A stretch of 32,000 bases of DNA from Waltera acetigignens (GTDB lineage Bacteria > Bacillota > Clostridia > Lachnospirales > Lachnospiraceae), in contig NZ_JAOQJO010000022.1 in the NCBI RefSeq assembly GCF_025567015.1, positions 28,425 through 60,424 on the forward strand. The letters are read 5' to 3'. The stretch's first letter is position 1, and each line of letters starts with the position of its first letter. This document shows positions 26,646 through 32,000 of this stretch, one piece after another. The notes beneath the pieces were generated by a model, which saw only the letters and a list, made by a program, of their open reading frames with translations, was not told the DNA's origin and did no database searches. Position numbers and translations under genes: made by a program.

Positions 26646-27560
26646 ATGTTAGACGTTTGCTTATTGGGAACCGGAGGAATGATGCCACTGCCTTACAGAT
26701 GGCTGACCTCCCTGATGATGCGCTATAACGGGAAAAGTATTCTGATCGACTGCGGAGAGGGCACCCAGATTGCCATGAGGGAAAAAGGCTGGAGCCCGAA
26801 CCCCATCGACATTATCTGCTTTACCCATTTTCACGCAGATCATATCAGCGGTCTTCCGGGAATGCTTCTGACCATGGGAAATGCAGAGCGCACGGAACCG
26901 CTGCTCCTGATCGGGCCCAGGGGACTTGCCAAAGTGGTGGCTTCCCTGCGGGTGATCGCACCGGAGCTTCCTTTTGAAGTAAAATGCATGGAGATCACGG
27001 AGAATGCCCAGACATTTTCTTTTGAAGGATTCCGTCTGGAAGCTTTCAAAGTGAACCACAATGTGCTCTGTTATGGGTACAGTATGGTGATTGACCGTGC
27101 GGGTCGATTTGATAAGGACAGAGCTTTGGAGCAGGAAATCCCCATGAAATTCTGGAGCCGTCTGCAAAAGGGGGAGACTCTGGAGGAAAACGGAAGAGTC
27201 TTCACTCCGGATATGGTACTGGGAGCGGAACGAAAGGGCCTGAAGGTGACCTACAGTACAGACACCCGTCCTACTGAAAGCATCCGTCAGAATGCCCAGG
27301 GAGCGGATCTGCTGATTCTGGAAGGAATGTATGGCGAACCCGACAAGCTGGTCAAAGCCAGAGAACATAAGCACATGACAATGTACGAAGCGGCGAAGAT
27401 CGCAAAAGAAGTGGGGGCACCGAAACTGTGGCTGACACATTACAGCCCTTCTATGACGAGACCTGAGGAATTCATGGATGATGTCCGGAAGATTTTCCCC
27501 GCAGCTTATGCGGCAAAGGACGGCTGGACCATGGAATTGAACTTTGATGAAGGGAAGTAG
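26646..27560 (+). CDS. rnz: ribonuclease Z (tRNA 3' endonuclease)
   Basis: MLDVCLLGTGG..P, the metallo-beta-lactamase motif HFHADHISGLPG, and a C-terminal LTHYS. The start is ATG 26646. Confidence 0.88.
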   Translation: MLDVCLLGTGGMMPLPYRWLTSLMMRYNGKSILIDCGEGTQIAMREKGWSPNPIDIICFTHFHADHISGLPGMLLTMGNAERTEPLLLIGPRGLAKVVASLRVIAPELPFEVKCMEITENAQTFSFEGFRLEAFKVNHNVLCYGYSMVIDRAGRFDKDRALEQEIPMKFWSRLQKGETLEENGRVFTPDMVLGAERKGLKVTYSTDTRPTESIRQNAQGADLLILEGMYGEPDKLVKAREHKHMTMYEAAKIAKEVGAPKLWLTHYSPSMTRPEEFMDDVRKIFPAAYAAKDGWTMELNFDEGK

Positions 27561-27566
27561 GAAAAT

Positions 27567-28172
27567 ATGAAAAAAAACAACACGTCGATGACGAAAATTA
27601 CGGTTTTTCTGATCTTCCTCATTGTCCTGGTAGTGGGATATTATTCGTATCTGTCGGGAAAAAGCAGGACAGAACAGCAGGAGGCCATTATGTCAGAGGT
27701 GGATACGGCACTCTCCAGAGATCTGACCAATAATTATCCTGCGACACCTAAGGAAGTAATCAGATATTACAATGATCTGATCAAATGCTTCTACAATGAA
27801 GACTGTACCACGGAGGAACTTCAGGAACTGGGCAGGAAATCCCTTCAGCTGTTCGATGAGGAACTCCGGGCAAATAACGAAGAAGATACCTATCTGACCC
27901 GATTACAGGGAGAGGTTAAGAACTATAAGGACAATAAGAGAAAAATAACAAGTGTTTCTCTTGCGTCCAGCACCAATGTGGACTATTATACAGCAGACGG
28001 ATATTCTTTTGCCCGGATTGCCTGTGGCTATGGCATGACGGAAAATGGAAAAAAGAGTTCCACCATGCTGGTATATCTGCTTCGCAGGGATGAAAACCGC
28101 AAATGGAGGATCTACGGCTGGGAGACGGCGGATCAGTTGAATGATAGTCTGGAACAGCAGGAGAATAATTAA
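27567..28172 (+). CDS. hypothetical membrane-anchored protein
   Basis: 201 aa with an N-terminal TM ([16 protein letters not shown]) and then a soluble domain. I recognise no family. It is tightly packed between rnz and tsaD. Confidence 0.6.
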   Translation: MKKNNTSMTKITVFLIFLIVLVVGYYSYLSGKSRTEQQEAIMSEVDTALSRDLTNNYPATPKEVIRYYNDLIKCFYNEDCTTEELQELGRKSLQLFDEELRANNEEDTYLTRLQGEVKNYKDNKRKITSVSLASSTNVDYYTADGYSFARIACGYGMTENGKKSSTMLVYLLRRDENRKWRIYGWETADQLNDSLEQQENN

Positions 28173-28191
28173 AAGCAAAGTAGGCAGAAAA

Positions 28192-29229
28192 ATGGCAGAG
28201 ACAGAAAAACAAAAAGATATTTATATTCTGGGAATTGAGAGCTCCTGTGATGAGACAGCGGCTTCTGTGGTGAAAAACGGCAGGGAAGTGCTTTCCAACG
28301 TCATTTCCTCACAGATTGCATTACATACCCTGTACGGTGGTGTGGTGCCGGAAATCGCATCCCGCAAACATATCGAGAAGATCAATCAGGTCATTGAGCA
28401 GGCGCTTGCCGATGCCCATGTGACGCTGGAAGACATTACCGCCATTGCGGTGACCTATGGTCCCGGATTGGTGGGAGCACTTCTGGTGGGTGTATCTGAG
28501 GCAAAAGCAATCAGTTTTGCTACCGGAATTCCCCTGGTTGGAGTACATCATATTGAGGGACACATCAGTGCCAACTTCATTGAGAATAAAGAACTGGAGC
28601 CTCCTTTTATCTGTCTGGTGGCGTCCGGCGGCCACTCACATCTGGTGGTGGTCAAGGATTACGGTGAATATGAGATCATCGGACGGACCAGAGATGATGC
28701 GGCGGGAGAAGCTTTTGACAAGGTGGCTCGTGCCATCGGACTGGGATATCCCGGCGGTCCCAAGATTGACAAGGTGTCGAAGGAGGGCAATCCGGATGCC
28801 ATCCACTTCCCCAGAGCAGCAGTGGCGGAGAATGAATATGATTTCAGCTTCAGCGGTCTGAAATCCGCAGTGCTGAACTATCTGAACGGATGCCAGATGA
28901 AGGGAGAAGAGATTAATCAGGCGGATGTGGCTGCTTCCTTCCAGAAAGCAGTCGTAGATGTGCTGGTGAGCCATTCCCTCCATGCAGTGAAGGCTTATGG
29001 ACTGAATAAATTTGCCATTGCCGGCGGCGTGGCTTCGAATTCTTCCCTGCGGGCAGCGTTTGAGGAAGAATGCGGAAAACGTAACATAGCATTTTATCAT
29101 CCCTCCCCCATTTTCTGTACCGATAATGCGGCGATGATCGGTGTGGCCGGCTATTACGAGTACATTAAGGGTGTCCGCAGCGGTTATGATCTGAATGCGG
29201 TGCCGAATTTAAAGCTGGGCGAGCGATAA
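28192..29229 (+). CDS. tsaD: tRNA N6-adenosine threonylcarbamoyltransferase TsaD
   Basis: [16 protein letters not shown], the metal-binding [14 protein letters not shown], and CTDNAAMIG. The start is ATG 28192 (weak RBS). The track ORF start at 28141 overlaps the previous gene. Confidence 0.92.
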   Translation: MAETEKQKDIYILGIESSCDETAASVVKNGREVLSNVISSQIALHTLYGGVVPEIASRKHIEKINQVIEQALADAHVTLEDITAIAVTYGPGLVGALLVGVSEAKAISFATGIPLVGVHHIEGHISANFIENKELEPPFICLVASGGHSHLVVVKDYGEYEIIGRTRDDAAGEAFDKVARAIGLGYPGGPKIDKVSKEGNPDAIHFPRAAVAENEYDFSFSGLKSAVLNYLNGCQMKGEEINQADVAASFQKAVVDVLVSHSLHAVKAYGLNKFAIAGGVASNSSLRAAFEEECGKRNIAFYHPSPIFCTDNAAMIGVAGYYEYIKGVRSGYDLNAVPNLKLGER

Positions 29230-29266
29230 GAACCGAAAAAAGACTTCAAGGAAAGACAGACACAAT

Positions 29267-30094
29267 ATGGTAGACAGAGTAGCACAGGACAGAAATGAGA
29301 CAGAAGATTACAGCATGAAAAATGAGATGGAAAACGGACAGGAGCCTCAGGAGAATGGGGAAAAGCCCAGATGTACCGCTATTATCCTTGCGGCGGGCAG
29401 CGGAAGCCGCATGCAGTCGGCGGTGGCGAAGCAGTTTTTACCGTTAAAAGAAAAGCCACTGATCTGGTATGCCTTGCATGCGGTGGAGGAATCCCGGATC
29501 ATTGATGACTGCATTCTGGTGACGGCAGAGCAGGATATTCCCTATGTCCGGGAAGAAATCGTGCAAAAATATCATTTTACCAAAGTAAATATTATTACTT
29601 CCGGAGGAGCGGAACGGTATCTGTCCGTGGGGAGAGCCTTACAGCTGATTGCTGACGGACGGTTGAAAGTACCCAATGAGCACGGATATGTGTTCATTCA
29701 CGATGGAGCCAGACCTTTTCTGACAGAGAAGATATTAGAAGATACCTATGCAGCGGCCGTGCAATATCAGGCCTGTGTGGCGGCGGTACAGAGCAAGGAT
29801 ACGGTAAAGATCAGTGACGGAGAAGGCTTTGCCCTGTCCACTCCGGATCGAAGAACCGTCTGGAATATCCAGACACCGCAGGTATTTGAGACCAGCCTGA
29901 TCCTGCAGGCATACGAGAGACTGAAAAATCGTCTTCCCAGGATGCAGGAACAGGGCATTCAGGTAACGGATGATGCCAGCGTGGTGGAACTGTTTACTGA
30001 GACAAGAGTGAAGCTGGTAGAGGCTTCTTATCAGAATATTAAGATCACAACGCCGGAAGATATGAAAACAGCCGAGGCATTTCTGGAGGATTAA
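29267..30094 (+). CDS. ispD: 2-C-methyl-D-erythritol 4-phosphate cytidylyltransferase
   Basis: AIILAAGSGSRM, VHDGARPF-like IHDGARPF, and IKITTPEDM. The true start is uncertain (ATG 29267, 29315 or 29327). All of these leave an unusual acidic N-terminal extension before the conserved core. Confidence 0.85.
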   Translation: MVDRVAQDRNETEDYSMKNEMENGQEPQENGEKPRCTAIILAAGSGSRMQSAVAKQFLPLKEKPLIWYALHAVEESRIIDDCILVTAEQDIPYVREEIVQKYHFTKVNIITSGGAERYLSVGRALQLIADGRLKVPNEHGYVFIHDGARPFLTEKILEDTYAAAVQYQACVAAVQSKDTVKISDGEGFALSTPDRRTVWNIQTPQVFETSLILQAYERLKNRLPRMQEQGIQVTDDASVVELFTETRVKLVEASYQNIKITTPEDMKTAEAFLED

Positions 30095-30148
30095 ATCCTC
30101 CGAAGATGTCCCGGCTGTTCCTTTGTGCATTTCTATCAAGAAATTGTT

Positions 30149-32000
30149 CTATTTTTCCCGCATGGCACTGGGGGTCACTCCGTATACCTTCTTGAAGGCA
30201 CGCCGGAAAGTATTGGAATTATTATATCCCACAGCAATATACAGCTCATTCAGACTGATATCGGTCTCCTTGATCAGTCTTGCGGCCTCCGTCATGCGGA
30301 TATTCTCCAGATAAGTGGAGAAGTTGACTCCGGTCTTTTCCTTGAACATATGGGAGAAATAGCTCTCTGAGATCTGGAATTCATCGGAGATCTTGTTAAG
30401 CCCTAAGGAAGGGTCCTTGTAATTTTCCTTAATATATTTCTCAATGGTGGCGGATAACGTATTGTCATCCTCCTTATTGCCGAAGAGATTACACAGGGAT
30501 AAGGCAAGATCTTCGCACAATTTGAAGGTCAGGTGCTCATTGAAACGTTCATCCAGCACCTTTACAGCTTCGGAATCTGCGTCCTGAGGCAGTGCAAATC
30601 TTGCTTTTAATAAAGTGTTACGGATATCTGACAGCAGGTATTTTAACAGGTTGACCGGCAGGGTACGTTCCTCGATATTCTCCTGATGGATCAGGTTGAA
30701 CATCTCCAGTACCTGCGGCGTATTGCCCGTGGAGATGAAGTGGATCAGCTTCGTGGAGATCTCCGGCGGATAATAGAATATGTTGGAATCCTTCTTAATA
30801 AATTCATACGGGAAGAAAATATAGTTCTTCGTCGTATAACTTACAGCTTCGGAGGCCTGCTGGTAGCATTCCCATACATTCATCAGGGAATCCGTATTGC
30901 GTCCGATACCGGCGAAGAGCCAGATGTCGTAAGTATCCAGCAGATAATCATGAAGTCGTAAAATACAATTGTTGATCTTCAGGATCAGATCCTTTCCCTC
31001 TTCTTCGGAACAGTGCAGCAGAACGGAATAGGTCCGGTCCGAAGGGCTGAAGTAGAAGAGCGGTGTACCGAAGAAATTCTCCAGTGCGGACTCGATGATC
31101 TTTTCCAGTTCTTCCATGGATTCCACGCCGCCGGGGAGAGTGATTTCTGTATTGTCTCCGAAATTATTATAGTAGACGATGTACAACACATTATAATAAG
31201 AAGAATCCGCAATACCCAGATAGTTTTCCATGTAGGTAACTTCATCCTCGGAAGTAGCAGTACCGGATAACAGCTGTCTCACATAGGAGGTACAGATGAT
31301 CGGACGCTGACTGTCTACCACTTCCTGCAGATTTTTCTGTACTTCCACAGCGGTCTGCAATTCCTGCCCAAGCTCAATGATCGGGCGGACATTGCGGCGG
31401 GAGAAATAATAGACCAGACAGCCGCCTGTAAGCAATGCCAGCAGGGCAAAAAAGATGAAAAGCAGCTGGGTGCCACCCAATCCGGCGGCCGCCTTGTAGG
31501 GCGGGAAGCTGAAATAGTAAGAATAACTGGTGTTATCCGAAACGTATTTCCCCAAAGTAAAGTTCTGTCCATCGATCCGGACCTCTGCATATCCCTTATT
31601 AAAGTCCAGAGAATCCAACATTTCTGCGGAAATGCTGTCCGGAGTATTTATCGTAAGCACGGTGGAGTCATCTTCCGCGGTCACCGCCAGGAAATTATCA
31701 CCATCCATCTGAACACAGTCGAACAGATCCGCCATCTTATTCTGTTCGAAGATAAAGCAGACCTTCGCATTGGCATCCATATAATAGAGATCGTTCAGGT
31801 CGATGATATACATATAGTATTTTTCGCTGTAATTTGGCATGAACTGATCCATGGGAAGAAAGCGGTTCTCGTATTCCGGTTCCGTCATATAGGATCGCCA
31901 CATTTCTTTTTCGGTAGAAGGATACTTCTGGATCCAGCTATAGAACCGCTTTGCGGATATAAAATAAGTAGGATTCAATACATAGTCTGTCTCCGGAAAA
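30149..32000 (-). CDS. membrane-associated AraC-family transcriptional regulator (5' end probably outside the window)
   Basis: C-terminal HTH_AraC (ISESYFSHMFKEKTGVNFSTYLENIRMTEAARLI...VGYNNSNTFRRAFKKVYGVTPS) with an internal TM (LLFIFFALLALLTGGCLVYYF). The reading frame stays open from 31978 to the window end. Confidence 0.8.
   Translation of the reverse strand, partial: FPETDYVLNPTYFISAKRFYSWIQKYPSTEKEMWRSYMTEPEYENRFLPMDQFMPNYSEKYYMYIIDLNDLYYMDANAKVCFIFEQNKMADLFDCVQMDGDNFLAVTAEDDSTVLTINTPDSISAEMLDSLDFNKGYAEVRIDGQNFTLGKYVSDNTSYSYYFSFPPYKAAAGLGGTQLLFIFFALLALLTGGCLVYYFSRRNVRPIIELGQELQTAVEVQKNLQEVVDSQRPIICTSYVRQLLSGTATSEDEVTYMENYLGIADSSYYNVLYIVYYNNFGDNTEITLPGGVESMEELEKIIESALENFFGTPLFYFSPSDRTYSVLLHCSEEEGKDLILKINNCILRLHDYLLDTYDIWLFAGIGRNTDSLMNVWECYQQASEAVSYTTKNYIFFPYEFIKKDSNIFYYPPEISTKLIHFISTGNTPQVLEMFNLIHQENIEERTLPVNLLKYLLSDIRNTLLKARFALPQDADSEAVKVLDERFNEHLTFKLCEDLALSLCNLFGNKEDDNTLSATIEKYIKENYKDPSLGLNKISDEFQISESYFSHMFKEKTGVNFSTYLENIRMTEAARLIKETDISLNELYIAVGYNNSNTFRRAFKKVYGVTPSAMREK

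Noticed and set aside
30085-30101. The dyad ggaggatt-a-aatcctcc spanning the ispD stop codon, considered as a terminator.
   Set aside because: After allowing a minimal loop, the stem is only about 6 bp, and there is no T-run on either strand. This is insufficient to call a terminator between the convergent ispD and the AraC-type gene.
1-32000. A search by eye for CRISPR arrays, tRNA/rRNA genes, IS elements, integrases, prophage genes, toxin-antitoxin pairs or known defence systems.
   Set aside because: I found no regularly spaced direct repeats, no cloverleaf-like or rRNA-like segments, and no ORF with transposase, recombinase, phage or defence-effector motifs. The window looks like core chromosome.

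Overview
This is a chromosomal, mostly housekeeping segment of a Firmicutes/Clostridia-type genome. Gene content suggests a Lachnospiraceae-like anaerobe, but that is inference only. I call about 30 protein genes. They are: ptb-buk (butyrate kinase route); a TraX-family membrane protein; a Nim/PNPOx-family protein; a DUF853/HerA-like P-loop ATPase; a membrane-anchored XRE regulator; a GNAT next to a pectinesterase with no signal peptide; an HD-GYP protein; secA-prfB, where prfB carries the classical +1 programmed frameshift (CTT TGA C); small membrane proteins (DUF975-like, DUF4190-like); Tex; ribU under an FMN riboswitch; a MacAB-like ABC exporter with a HlyD-type adaptor; a YcxB-like protein; the t6A genes tsaE-tsaB-rimI and tsaD, separated by a Zn-ribbon ORF, rnz and a membrane protein; ispD; and a membrane AraC-type regulator that runs off the window edge. 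I saw no transposase, integrase, CRISPR array, tRNA or rRNA. I do not see a convincing novel multi-gene protein system. The unexplained signal is non-coding. (i) A modular repeat of about 70 nt lies downstream of HD-GYP and tex in sense orientation, with a 38-nt identical core, plus a possible partial copy after secA. (ii) An ORF-poor spacer of about 620 bp (5981-6599) contains a roughly 190-nt candidate structured RNA that ends in a T7 run. (iii) A second imperfect inverted-repeat element occurs at two intergenic sites, with 21/22 identity in one arm. (iv) Tandem YGTAACA heptads lie just upstream of tsaE. All start codons were chosen by RBS inspection. All product names rest on motif or family recognition by eye, not on database searches.
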